Shown piece after piece: positions 1 through 27,911 of a DNA stretch of 64,000 nucleotides (positions within the stretch are counted from its first letter, which is position 1; each line of letters begins with the position of its first letter). Made by a program: the position numbers and the translations under genes. The notes below the pieces were generated by a model. That model saw only the letters and a list, made by a program, of their open reading frames with translations. It made no database searches and was not told where the DNA came from. Source of the stretch: Eledone cirrhosa (taxonomy: Eukaryota); the NCBI GenBank assembly GCA_964016885.1, contig OZ024756.1, positions 36,828,001 through 36,892,000 on the forward strand. Reading direction: 5' to 3'.

Positions 1-845
1 TTTTTGTTGTGACACCTACACAACCACTTTACAGTGTGTACTGGGTATTTTTTTGTTGTGACACCTACACAACCACTTTACAGTGTGTACTGGGTATTTT
101 TTTGTTGTGACACCTACATGACCACTTTACAGTGTGTACTGGGTGCTTTTTGTTGTGACACCTACACAACCACTTTACAGTGTGTACTGGGTATTTTTTT
201 GTTGTGACACCTACATGACCACTTTACAGTGTGTACTGGGTACTTTTTGTTGTGACACCTACACAACCACTTTACAGTATGTACTGGGTATTTTTTTGTT
301 GTGACACCTACATGACCACTTTACAGTGTGTACTGGGTGCTTTTTGTTGTGACACCTACACAACCACTTTACAGTGTGTACTGGGTATTTTTTTGTTGTG
401 ACACCTACATGACCACTTTACAGTGTGTACTGGGTACTTTTTGTTGTGACACCTACACAACCACTTTACAGTGTGTACTGGGTATTTTTTTGTTGTGACA
501 CCTACATGACCACTTTACAGTGTGTACTGGGTGCTTTTTGTTGTGACACCTACATGACCACTTTACAGTGTGTACTGGGTGCTTTTTGTTGTGACACCTA
601 CATGACCACTTTACAGTGTGTACTGGGTGCTTTTTGTTGTGACACCTACATGACCACTTTACAGTGTGTACTGGGTGCTTTTTGTTGTGACACCTACATG
701 ACCACTTTACAGTGTGTACTGGGTGCTTTTTGTTGTGACACCTACATGACCACTTTACAGTGTGTACTGGGTGTTTTTTGTTGACACCTACATGACCACT
801 TTACAGTGTGTACTGGGTGCTTTTTGTTGTGACCTACACAACAAT
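1..845. repeat. Minisatellite, ~48-bp unit, ~17 copies, SINE-derived
   Basis: Unit TTTTTGTTGTGACACCTACATGACCACTTTACAGTGTGTACTGGGTGC; resembles the SINE interior at 11335-11390. Confidence 0.95.
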
Positions 846-858
846 TTTATAGTGTAAG

Positions 859-895
<37 letters not shown>

Positions 896-960
896 ATAAA
901 GCTTCTTTCTTTTTAGATATTGTCTCTCCTTATGTTTATCTCAAGTATGTCTGTGTGTCT

Positions 961-998
<38 letters not shown>

Positions 999-1629
999 TA
1001 CACCTGCAGGTATGTTGTTTGGTTGGGTGGGGGTGGGGTGGGTGGTTGGCTCATATCTGTCAGTACATTGTGGCCCCCACCCCATTCTCTATATCAATAG
1101 ATTGTTTACACCCCCAACCCCACCGCATCCAACTGTCTTCATATCTGTTAATAGGTTCTCTACACCCCCTCCTGTTCTCTATATCTATCAATACATTCCC
1201 CACCCCACCCCACCCCCTCTCTCTCTCTATATATATATCAATATATTACCAAGCTGTCACCCCTCTCTTCAGCTGGGGGGGGGGGGTATCTCTCCTCTCC
1301 CCCTCCCTCACCCTAGTTTTCTTATCTTGTTACATTTAATCTTGACCTACATATGTCTGTCTAAACTTGACCTACTACACCTGGCTCAGTCTAAACTTGA
1401 CCTAGAATAAATTTTTATCTTATGTATGTATACTTGTGTGTGTGTGTGTGTGTGTGATCTTCCCTGCCAATAGTGGAGGCGGTAAGACTATACACTGAAT
1501 CACACTGTGCCATGTACCTCCTGGCCACTGGCCTTGTTCTAGCTTGTAAACTTTTCTTTATCTCTGGGAGAGAGATGGTTGCCTACTCTTCAGCACTGAC
1601 CTCAGCTGGCTCTGCTCTCTTGATTGATG

Positions 1630-1830
1630 TTACAGGTCACTAGTTGTATAGTGACTGGTCTGTCTGATGGTCAGGTCACCAATTGTTGTACTATTACTCA
1701 GGTCACCAGTTTTATAGTGACTGGTCTGTCTGATGGTCAGATCACCAGTTGTACAGTGACTGGTCTGTTTGATGGTCAGGTCAACAGTTGTTGTACAGTG
1801 GTTGGTTTGTTTGATGGTCAGGTCAGCAGT
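1630..1830. repeat. Degenerate tandem repeat (~40-50 bp)
   Basis: Recurring AGTGACTGGTCTGTCTGATGGTCAGGTCACCAGTTG. Confidence 0.8.
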
Positions 1831-1981
1831 CAGAATATTGTATTTTTTTCAAATCCATGTACTCATCATTCCTTGTCCTCTAAACACCTCCTTCAATTCC
1901 TTGTACTCTATTATGATCTTGTGTGAGGAGCAATAAACTGGCAAATATTTAGTTGTTTTTTTAATTTTATTTTGTTTTCAG

Positions 1982-16515
<14,534 letters not shown>

Positions 16516-17759
16516 AAGCACCAATCAATGCCAAACTTTTTAGGCAGGCGCGGGTGAAGGTTCCTCAGTTCCTCATTAAAAGGCAGTGGATTGGCAGAAT
16601 CAGTAGAGCGTCAGACAAAATGGTTTTTTTTTTTTTTTTCTTTTTGAAAGCATTCAGTTACAACCATTTACGTTCTGAGTTCAAATCCTACCAAGGTCAA
16701 CTTTGCCTTTCATCCTTCCAGGGTCGATAAAATAAAGTACCAGTTATGTACTGGGGATGGATATAATCTACTTTACCCCTCCCCTCCCTCCTCTCTCTCT
16801 CAAATTTCTGCCTTGTGGCTTCTGTTAGAAACAATTATTATAAAATGGTTTAAATCTTTTTTCATTCTTTTTCATAAGATATTTTTTCTCTCTTAAAAGT
16901 TGTTTCACATTTTTTGGTTATTTTAACAATGATGAAACAACAACAACAGCAACAGCAACAATAACAACACCATTTGAGATTGATGAATGATCTGAATAAA
17001 TAAATAAATTCTTTCTCCTAGTTGTTGTCATCATGGCAACGGGGGGGGGGGGGGTAGGGGGGGGCAGGCTGACTGATAGTGATATAGAGAGGGCGGCGGA
17101 AAAGGGGTTGGTGGTGGTGGTGGTGGGTGGGTAAGGGGTGGGGGGTTTAATACCGAGCTTTTGTTATAGAAGCAATAACTGACACCCTCTGTCATCACTG
17201 TTAGTCACAATGACAACCCACATATGATGATGATGATGATGGTGGTGGTAATAATAATAATAATGATAATAATAATAATGAATGACATCCCAGCCACAGC
17301 AGTTCCTTTCCCCCCTCCCCTTCATGGTTTGGAGGTGAGGGTGGTGGAGGAAGAGGACAGCACAGAAATGTTTTATTTTTCAGTTTAAAGAAAATTTAAA
17401 AAAAATAAAAACAAAAAAAAAACAAAAAAAAAACGAACAAAAACAGAAAAACTGAAAATGTTTGATAATGAATGGAAATAGCTTGTAAAAATATATTATT
17501 TCTTGATAAATAATTATATTTATCGAATGATGGGATTGGGTGGGGTGTGTGAAGTATGTGTGTGTGAAACAGGCAATGGCCTCTCTTAATTTGTATATAT
17601 AATATAAATATATGTATGTGGGTGCTGCATATGTGTGTGCTTGCTTGTATATGTGTATGTGTGCATATGTATGTGTGTGTGTATGTGTAAGTATGTGTGT
17701 GCAGAGAGATAAATATATTAACCTACTCCACATACCTATAAAGACATAATATACAATAT

Positions 17760-17775
17760 ACGCATATATATAATT

Positions 17776-17852
<77 letters not shown>

Positions 17853-17938
17853 GTATATATATATATATGTATACATATATATATGTATATATATATATAT
17901 GTATATATGTATATATATGTATATACATATATATATAT

Positions 17939-17981
<43 letters not shown>

Positions 17982-18110
17982 TATATATATATACACATAT
18001 ATATATGTGTATATATATATATATGTGTATATATATATTTATATATATATATACACATATATATATGTGTATATATATATTTATATATATGTATATGTAT
18101 GTGTGTGTAT
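17760..18110. repeat. Compound (TA)n/(TATG)n microsatellite
   Basis: ~350 bp of TA-based repeats. Confidence 0.9.
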
Positions 18111-19194
18111 GAAACTAAAATATGTAAATACAGTATTTTCTGCATGTAAATAATTTCTGCAACAATTTAAACATATTTTTAAATCTTTCAGTTAAATAAA
18201 AAAAAAAAAAATTCCCCTCAAATTTGCTTTTATTTTATTTTATATTTTATTTTATTTTATTTCTTTTTTGTTATTACAGTTTTTCTCAGCTATCAATTGT
18301 TTATAGTGTGTATATATATGTGTATATATATTCACACACATACCATATACACCTCGCTTTAGAAACCATGCCTAAAAGGGTTGAGATGACCCTTCTGCTG
18401 TGTCAAAGACACAACTTCTCTAGTGTTGATGATCTACACGATAAACAACACCCAGTACACTCTGTAAAGTGGTTGGTGATAGAAGGGTCATCCTGCCGTA
18501 GAAAGCTTGCCAAACAATGGGTTGGGAGAACCCTTTAGTTCTGTCAAGGACATGACAACCTCTGTAGTGTTGGTGAGTTACACAATAAAAGCACCCAGTA
18601 CACTCTGTAAAGTGGTTGGTGTTAGGAAAAGCATCCAGCCGTAGAAAGCTTGCCAAACAAGGGGTTAGGAGAATCCTCCTCTGTACACAATAATGACAGT
18701 ACCTAAGTGGGATTCAGGCCACCTCGGCTTCTCTAGGGCATCAGTGGCCCCTGTTTCAGTACTGACTTGGTCTATGTAAACCCATCCATCCCTTGCTAGC
18801 AGGGAAAGCGGACATTAAATAATGATGATGATGATATGGGTATATTATTCTTTTTATTTTCCATTTTTCCAATACATATTTCTTTCTCCTTTTCTAGAAC
18901 TAATAACTTCTCTCTCCTCCTCCTCCTATCTATCTCTTCTCCCCTCTCTGTCTATCTCCTACTCCTTCTCCTATCTCTCTCTTCCCCTCTCTCTGTCTAT
19001 CTCCTATCTCTCTCTTTCCCCCTCTCTGTCTGTCTCCTACCCCTTTAATAGTCACTGTAGTTCGAATATCTTGTGATCTCACAAACTCCTCATTTTCTCA
19101 GATGTTCTTATTTCAGTTATGTTTGTGGAGGTGTCTATTCTTCATATAATTTCTGTGTGTATATATATATTGCTTGGCTCTATTTATATGTATG

Positions 19195-19238
<44 letters not shown>

Positions 19239-19367
19239 CAATTTGTTTACAAACCAAAGAATTTAAGAGTTCAAGGTATTTAATAACTGACACTGTGATT
19301 CTATCATTGCATTGAGCTAAAAAGAACAACCTAATATATGAGTAAAATTTACTCTCATTAATATTAC

Positions 19368-19403
<36 letters not shown>

Positions 19404-19410
19404 CAAAGTG

Positions 19411-19467
<57 letters not shown>

Positions 19468-21324
19468 ACATACTAGGTCACCAGTGGTGTCTCACCCTAA
19501 TAGGAAACTTACATGATATAGTTAAAAGCAACAATGAACACCACTGCATCATGTGTGTTATTTGTTTGAATGAGAAATCAATGGTTATCTATAATGTCAT
19601 GCCATGTATATCATAAATATCAGCTTTTCCATGAGTTTCAGAGCTCTCCCTCTTCACTTGTTTATTATTACGCCACCACACATGCATAAATATATTAAAA
19701 TTAGTGAACAGATCCTTCAGCGATAAATATTCCAGTTGTTTTGATCAATGATGAAATACCTATTCACTGTATTATAGTATAAGTGACTGAATATTACACA
19801 GAAACTTATACCCATAACATGATTCTCAGGCAGAATCTGTGTGACAAGGCTGGACCTATGAAATTTCAGCTTCAGGCTGTCCAACGGGCTTCTATCACAA
19901 TTTCCATTTATTCAATTTTTCCTCCTCACAAAAACTATAATATAAGACACTCGTTAGTCACTAAACCATGCAGGCATGGTTTAGTGAATAACAAGTTAAG
20001 TTTGCAAACATGAAGCCCTGTGTTCGATGAATCTCGTGTGCGTGTGTATATATATATATATATATATGTCAAATTTAATATAGAATGAAACAATTCTAGT
20101 CCTGTATAAGCTATTACTATATCAAATTTGATGTTTACACTCTACTAATGTATTGAGTACCTTACTTACTGTGGTTACCCCCAATTGAACCTGGGAGTCA
20201 CATATGTGTGTGTGTATGTGTGTATATATATATATATATCTTATAACGTGTGTGGTGAATTGGCAGAGCCATTAAAACATGTTTTGTAGTATTCGTTGTT
20301 TTGTCTCTTTGGGCTGAATTGAAATCTCGTTGAGCTGAGATTAACTTTGCCTTTCATCCTAATACCAGTCTAGTACTGGATTCAATTCTTTATTTCTCTT
20401 TGTCTGAAAGAAATCAGCTGGCTGTGTTCAGACCTGTAGAGGGATCAGAATTGCTATGACCCCATCAGGCGTTCAGAACCCATTAAATGGATACTTAAAA
20501 ACACACACACATATATACAGAAACATACTTCATTGCAAAATGATTTATTTTGTCCTTGTTTGAATTCTAACATTAAACAAATGTCTTCACTAACTTCAGT
20601 TAAAACAACAACTACTAAAATATTCCATTCTTCTATACATCATCACTAACAACAACAACAGTTGACAGTGTTAGCCACAGATCTCTCTTTCCCAGCAAGG
20701 AATGTCTACTTGTTTTGACATTTCAGTATATTAAACAGACTCTGTTCATTCATGTCATCTCCATTGTTACCACTAGACTAGCAGTTTTTATAAGCTAACA
20801 TATCTGCTTTTCTATTCCTATAATGTGGACAGCATGTTTAGAAAACCTATAGGTGTCATTCATGTCAATTGAATAACTACTATGCTGGTAGATTTTATAA
20901 GCTAACATATCTGCTCTTATATTTCTATAACATGAACAACACAGCATGTTTAGAAAACATATAGGAGGTCTATTGAGTCTTGTTGGGAGCTCAAGTCTCT
21001 ATCTGGGCTGGCACCATGACACGACTCCCTTCACTGCTTTAGATAAACATAAATACTTTGTCCTTTATTACCATATTTCTAATGAAAGACATAGCCTATG
21101 ATTTTCAAATAATTATGAAAATGCTGAAAAAAAAATTGGAGGGATTCAATAATATAAACTAACTTTCTCATTATTAAACTGATGTTTGGAGCATAACTGT
21201 TTAATAACCATGTTTCTAATGAAAGACACTGTCTATAATTTTCAAATAATCAAGAATTTAGAGGGATTTAGTAATCTAACTTTCTCATTATTAAGCTGGT
21301 GTGTAGAGCATAGCTTAAAAAGTT

Positions 21325-21592
21325 CTTTGCCCGCTTATTCCTGGTAGGGTCAGAGTTCTCAAAAACTTCTTCCAGCGGGTCCTGCTCAGGAGAAGCAACG
21401 ATCTCCAACTGATCCAGCTGGATCCCCAAGTGAGATCAGCCAAGTTCATGGATGTTATCCTACCATCTTGCTCGAGACCTGCCCCTGGGTCTCCTGCCAG
21501 TTGGTTTTGCCCATAAAATCTGTCCAGCGATTCTTTCCTGAGACATTCTAACCACATGTCTATAGTATTGGAGCTGTGATCTCTCAATTCAG
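21325..21592 (-). mobile_element. RTE-clade LINE 3' remnant
   Basis: Minus strand encodes decayed [22 protein letters not shown]...PTGRRPRGRSRARW, typical of the RTE ORF C-terminus. Confidence 0.75.
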
Positions 21593-21729
21593 GTTTTTAA
21601 ATAAATATAAACACTTGGCATTATAGATAGTCAGTGGGGTGGTGTTGATTGGTATCCACATTGTTAAATGGTATTTGGAGTGGAATAGCTTAATAAATGA
21701 TTGATCTGTGAATAACATTCTCAATTGAC

Positions 21730-21920
21730 TCATGGTGATCCTGGCTGTTACAACCACTACAATACCTCCCTTTCTGTTACATGGTGATCCTGGCTGTTAC
21801 AACCACTACAACACACTCCCTTAGCTAACACATGTTGAACCTGGCTGTTACAACCATTACAACACCCTCCTTTAACTGACACATGGTGAACCTGGCTGTT
21901 ACAGCAGCTACTACAACACC
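21730..21920. repeat. Tandem repeat, ~50-bp unit, ~4 copies
   Basis: CATGGTGA(T/A)CCTGGCTGTTACAACCACTACAACAC recurring. Confidence 0.85.
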
Positions 21921-23213
21921 CTCCCCTATCATGTACATACATGGTAGCACCTTTACCAGATCTCATGAAACAACAACCATCTCAGCATGTGATGTGTTGG
22001 ACTTTAAAAATCTCAGTGACAAAGGTCATTGAAGCCTTATGGATCTCCCTGACATGTTTTCCTCATAACATATCTGTCTTCATATACTGAACATAAACAC
22101 ATAGAGAGGCCATGAGAAGGTTGTCATACTGTCAACGTTTGACTACATCCACTGTCAATAAATACCTTCATTCAGATATTTCTAATGAAAGACAGTCTAT
22201 GGCTTTCAAATCATTTCTAAAAAAAAATAGTAAAACATTTAGAGGGATTTAGTAATGAACTTAACTTTTATTAAAAAGGTATTTGAGGTATTACTTACTC
22301 GTCCCTTCCCCCGTTTATTAATTTTCCAGATTTTTTTCATTTGCTTATTAAATTTTGCTAATCTATCTCCAGCAAAATTTTATTGTAAGTGATTCATATT
22401 GATACAGCAGCTGGAGAATCTAATAATAATAATAATTTTATTCTACATTAAAAAAAAAAAACATAAAAAAGAACATTACAAGAAATCACATATTTACGAT
22501 GAACGTCCACTATACAATTATCGATTTTCCAACCCCCGCTTATAAGAATTTAAGCAAATGTCCACCTCCCTGCCTATTATTTGGGACCCAAGAGTAAATG
22601 ATCTTAATCTAAAATTATGGTGGAAGGTTTTTAGATTAATATAAACACTTTAACTCTTTTGTTAGCATATTTTTAAAGGAAAACACTGCCTATGATTTTC
22701 AAATAATTTTGAAAATATTCAAGAATTTGGAGGGATTTAATGATATAACTAACTTTTTCATAAAGTTGGTGTTTGGAGCATTACTTAAAGCTTTATTTGA
22801 AAGAATTTATATTTATGTCATAGAACCAGAATGGATTACTGACTTTACCATGTTTCATCCCAGCCACTTATTACACATTGCTAACAAAATGGCAGAATTG
22901 GTAGAGTAAGGTGTTCAAATCCTGTCACGGTCAACTTTACCTTTCATTCATCTTGTGTGTGTGTGTGGGGGTCAATAAAATAAAGTACCAGTCCAGGGTG
23001 GTGGAGTGATAGAATCTGTTAGACTGTTGAATGAGATGCATTATAGTAACTGTTCTTGCACTCAAGGTTCTGAGTTCAAATTCTGATTAGGGATTAAAAG
23101 AATCCTAGGGCTCATTCCCATCCAACTATGGGACCACAAATGATTGTAACTATCTGCTACTGTACTTGAACAATGATGAAATTGTTAACATATTCCCTTT
23201 CTTTCAAAACTAT

Positions 23214-23379
23214 TTAACCCTTTAGCATTTAAACCAGTCAGAATTCTTTCACCTTTCTGTTCAAACCGGCTGTAACCAGTCACTCATACTGATGTTTAGG
23301 TATTGTTCAAAATCTCATAGCTTCGATATTATGTGAGATAAAGCCTTTACTGAGAGTAACGTAAATGCTAAAGGGTTAA
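23214..23379 (+). mobile_element. piggyBac-like MITE family A (internally deleted)
   Basis: TTAACCCTTTAGCATTTA...TAAATGCTAAAGGGTTAA. Confidence 0.8.
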
Positions 23380-24517
23380 GAGGGCAAGTTGGCAGAAATG
23401 TTAGAGTGTCAGATAGAATACTTTATGGTATTTGTGCTGGCTCTCTGAGTTCAAATCATGCTGGGGTCAACTTGGCTGTTCATTTCTTCGATGTTGACAA
23501 ATAAAGTACCAGTCCATTATTGGAGTTTTTTTTGTTTTTTTAAAATTCTTTCTCTCTGTCTTTCTTACTCCCTTCCTCTATCTGGAAGAAATCAGATATG
23601 TTCAGACCTGGAGAGGGATGGGCGCCACCAGGTTCAAACACACCCACCGTATATATCACTACGGTCCCCTTATAACTTAATTTCTGAAACTATGTTGACC
23701 ACATTCACCTATACTCCAAGGTGACCCCAGGTCATTCAATGTTACTGATAATTTATGTCTCTATAACTTAAAACTTATCCACACAGTTTTATCAAGGGTT
23801 ACCTGTTGCCTGTTTTTTGGGTTTTTTTCACCTTATATTGACCAGATATTACTGTGCCAGATTTCTATGCTAATTCCAAGTTAGCTACTATTTATGTCAC
23901 ATTGCCCTTGGGAGAGGCATGAATATCACAACGTCATTTCCACTTGGAAAAAAGAAAAAAATATTTAGGCCAATGTAAAAAAACAAAACAAAACAAAACA
24001 ACAAAAAAACATCTTTATTGGGAGGCACAAGAACCCAGTGGCTTTAGCAAGTAGACTAATGACTTTTGGGTTCATATCTTGCTTATATATAAGCAGTGTT
24101 CGGCAAGGCACTTAACTCTCTTTGCCCAGTCAAAATGATTCAAAATGGCTTTATGCCTAAATTATTAATCATTGTTATAAATAATATTAATATTATATTT
24201 TTTTTGTACATTTTCTGAAATATTGTAATTTTAAAACTGCTAAATTTAATTCACTTCCTGTACAGAAATTTAAATGCTAATTAAAGTTATTTAAAAAAAA
24301 ACAACAACCACAAACAAGTTCTTATTTCTTCCATTTTGTTCATATTTTTTTCTCAGTAAGCCCTGGTTTCTGCCTTGAAGGTAGACTCTACATACCAAGG
24401 GTTTCTAGTCTTTTCACTTCTATAGACCCTCATTTATTTTGGTAATCCTTTCGTTACCATACTCCGAATGAAAGACACTGCCTATGGTTTTCAAATAATT
24501 TTGAAACTAACCAAGAC

Positions 24518-24910
24518 CAGAGAGTCACTCCAGGTAGAGCCGCTATTTCTCTTGAGAGATCACAGCTCTGATATATGGGCATGTGGTTAGAATGTCTCAG
24601 GAAAGACTCGCTGGACAGATTTGTAGCTCACAGATCAGAAAGTCGCTCCAGATAGAGCCGCTACTTCTCCAAATTGAGAGATCACAGCTCCAATACTATG
24701 GGCATGTGGTTAGAATGTCTCAAGAAAGAATCACTGGACAGATTTTACAATCACAAACCAACCGGCAGGAGTAGACCCCGAGCAAGATGGTTGGATAACA
24801 TCCATGAGCTTGGGTGGTCTCGCTTACAGTTGGAGATGGCTGCTTCTGACAGGACCTGCTGGAAGGAGTGCTTGAGGACTCGGCTCCCATGACCCTCTCA
24901 GGAATGTTGC
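24518..24910 (+). mobile_element. RTE-clade LINE 3' remnant with internal duplication
   Basis: Encodes [35 protein letters not shown] and RPRARWLDNIHELGW; another fragment at ~28690-28850. Confidence 0.78.
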
Positions 24911-25036
24911 CGAAGAAGAAAAAGAACCAAGAATTTGGTGGGATCTAGTAAAATAACTAAGGTGGTGATTGGCAGTGGTCCTAATTAACTACTGATTTGG
25001 TCTGTAATGACCCATCCAACCATGGAAAAGCAGATG

Positions 25037-25236
25037 TTAACCCATTAACATTTAAGCCGGTTGTATCTCGCCAGAATTCTCTCACCTCTTTCTATTCAAA
25101 CTGGCTATAACCAGCCACTCATACTGATGTTAAGGTATTGTTCTCAAAATAAATAATAAAATCTCATAGATTCAATATTATGCGAGATAAAGCCTTTACC
25201 ATAATAGTATATATCAAGTAAATACTAAAGGGTTAA
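25037..25236 (+). mobile_element. piggyBac-like MITE family A
   Basis: TTAACCCATTAACATTTA...TAAATACTAAAGGGTTAA with the conserved family interior. Confidence 0.75.
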
Positions 25237-25839
25237 ACAAGTGATAGTGATGATGATGACTACTACACACCACCCGCAGTATCTCCTGGCCCCTGTGACA
25301 CTACAAATTAGGTTTATTGCTAACTATTCCTTAAGTGTTTCACTTACGATTCATTCTAAACCAGCCAACTGGCCATCAGCCTTTCAATTCAGAGCTTGGT
25401 TTTCAAAATGTTTATTTATTAAACATAGCGTATATCTTTAGAAATACGAAATTCACATACATGTATGTATACAGTTATGCTGAAGCTAAATTTTAAAGAA
25501 TTAAGATATTTACAAAAGTGGGTTTGGTGTGATAGAGTGGAGATACAACCACAGTACTTACCAACTACTAAGGGAGACAACACCAAATATCCTTAATTTC
25601 CTGATTATGTTTACAAGCATTTTAAGGTCAATATCTTGCTTGTTAAAAACCCTGTGGACCCTATGACAAGCTTCCCTAATTTTTCCTATCCTCTGCATCC
25701 CCTTACACTTGGCTTTCATTTCCTCCTCTATCATCTTTCTTCTATTTCCTTCCATTCACTCCTCTCACTCAGTCACTGCCTTCCTTCCTTAGCACGTGAC
25801 CTAGCCATCTCATTGCCTTTCTCTTCACATTTATCACTA

Positions 25840-26274
25840 GGTTAGCCAGGCTGTCACATACTGAGGCCTATCTGATCAAACATGGGTTAGCCAGGCTGTC
25901 ACATACTGAGGCCTATCTGATCAAACATGGGTTAGCCAGGCTGTCACATACTGAGGCCTATCTGATCAAGCATGGGTTAGCCAGGCTGTCACATACTGAG
26001 GCCTATCTGATCAAGCATGGGTTAGCCAGGCTGTCACATACTGAGGCCTATCTGATCAAGCATGGGTTAGCCAGGCTGTCACATACTGAGGCCTATCTGA
26101 TCAAGCATGGGTTAGCCAGGCTGTCACATACTGAGGCCTATCTGATCAAACATGGGTTAGCCAGGCTGTCACATACTGAGGCCTATCTGATCAAGCATGG
26201 GTTAGCCAGGCTGTCACATACTGAGGCCTATCTGATCAAGCATGGGTTAGCCAGGCTGTCACATACTAAGGCCT
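25840..26274. repeat. Minisatellite, 45-bp unit, ~9.5 near-identical copies, just downstream of the GPR89 stop
   Basis: Unit GGTTAGCCAGGCTGTCACATACTGAGGCCTATCTGATCAA(A/G)CATG. Confidence 0.95.
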
Positions 26275-26450
26275 GACTGTCGAGTGGCTACACTTGTATG
26301 CTCTGTTCTTGGTTTGGTTTCTACAGCTGGATGCTCTTCCTAACGCCAACCACTTTACAGTATGTACTGGAAGCATTTTATTTTGACAAGTTAAAACACA
26401 CAAAACAATAAAGTAGAACAAGGTAGTTGTTATATAATTTATAGCAGAGA

Positions 26451-27840
26451 TCATAAGAGGTTCTTTTCTGGTGCCTGTTGGTGAGCTATGTAAAGAAATC
26501 CAATACTTGAGAGGGCACTGACGAGGAAGATGAATTCAAACCAGCGATGGTAGAAACTGAACTGTAATTCTCCAAGGACTTGTGTTATAATTGATCTGTA
26601 ATTAAAGTAAAGGAAAACTTAATTACAAAATATCATTATTCCATAAAATTCTTCATTAACTCTTAATGTCTTGTATCACACGAAACAGCATTAGCAAGAT
26701 ATTTTAGTACAGAATAGTACATTATATTAAAGTACATTATATTATATTATACAGAACAGCATTATGATTGCATCACATTAAAAATGAAAACCTTTATTCT
26801 AATGAAGCATATTTTCTGTGATCTGTCAACTAGTAAAAATACTATAAACATTTTGATTTAAGAAACCAATTTTAAAATATTTCCTGTAATGATTTCGAAG
26901 AAAATATTTTAAGAATTGGTTTGTCAATGTTAATTCAAATGTTAAGAGTTAATAGAAATATAGTCAGAAACAGGTTAGAGAAGACTAGCTGAAGAGAAAC
27001 TTACCGATATTCCACTGGCATATTCATTCTCATTAGTAACACTGATGACACAAAGTACATTCCCTACAGGTAAGAAATATATATATATAAATGTGTGTAT
27101 GTACACAATACTATTACAATGATGATGATGGTAGTAATGATGATGGTATTGATGGTAGTGGTGATGGATGGTGGTAGTGGTGGTGGCAATAATTGTGATG
27201 TTAATAATGATGATGATGATTACAGTGGCGACAGTGATGATAGTTATGGTGATGGTGGCGGCAGCAGCGATGATGGTGATGGTAGCTCAAATATAATCAG
27301 TTTGTTTTTACTGCTGTTGTTTAGCCCCAAAGACATTCCAACAGGCCAGACTTCCTTCACAATGGGATCAGCCAGCTCCCAAACTATGGTTCTGATGTGA
27401 GCAGGGTATGGCGCAGTCAACTGGCTAGACACTCCTCACAACGATGCCATCCAGTTCCACACTGTAAATGTGGTTGGTATTAGGAAGGGCACCCAGCTGT
27501 AAAAATCCCAGCCAAAAATACAGTCCCACCTGGACAAGGTATGGCATGGCCAGCTGGCCAGACTTGTCTTATATTACTTTACAGAGTGTGCTGGGTGTCT
27601 TATCATGGCACCAGTGCCACCACTTGCAGAGTGCATTGACTGTGTTTCAGTGTTGCCATATATATATATATATATATCAGATATAGGGTGTGGTAAAAAA
27701 CGGGTAGACCATAACTCACCAGAGTACTCAATAGTTGGGGTAGTAGAGTGGGTAATATGAAAAGATTCAGGACCCCGACGGCTGAGCTCTGGATCTAGCT
27801 GTTGAAACGGCCAGAGCCCAGCCGTCGGGGTCCTGAATCT

Positions 27841-27911
<71 letters not shown>

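Noticed and set aside
1-845. CRISPR-like array (also considered for 12024, 15190, 25840, 62390)
   Set aside because: Head-to-tail units with no unique spacers, no cas genes, eukaryotic intronic context.
425-1410. Long ORFs in the supplied track (here and at 4146-4617, 17380-18153, 34976-35442, 45486-46035, 62351-62788)
   Set aside because: Translations of micro- and minisatellites ([12 protein letters not shown]); no splice-compatible homology.
18200-25400. Additional gene between ABCG and GPR89
   Set aside because: Only repeats and low-complexity sequence found; no chain of splice-compatible coding exons recognised.
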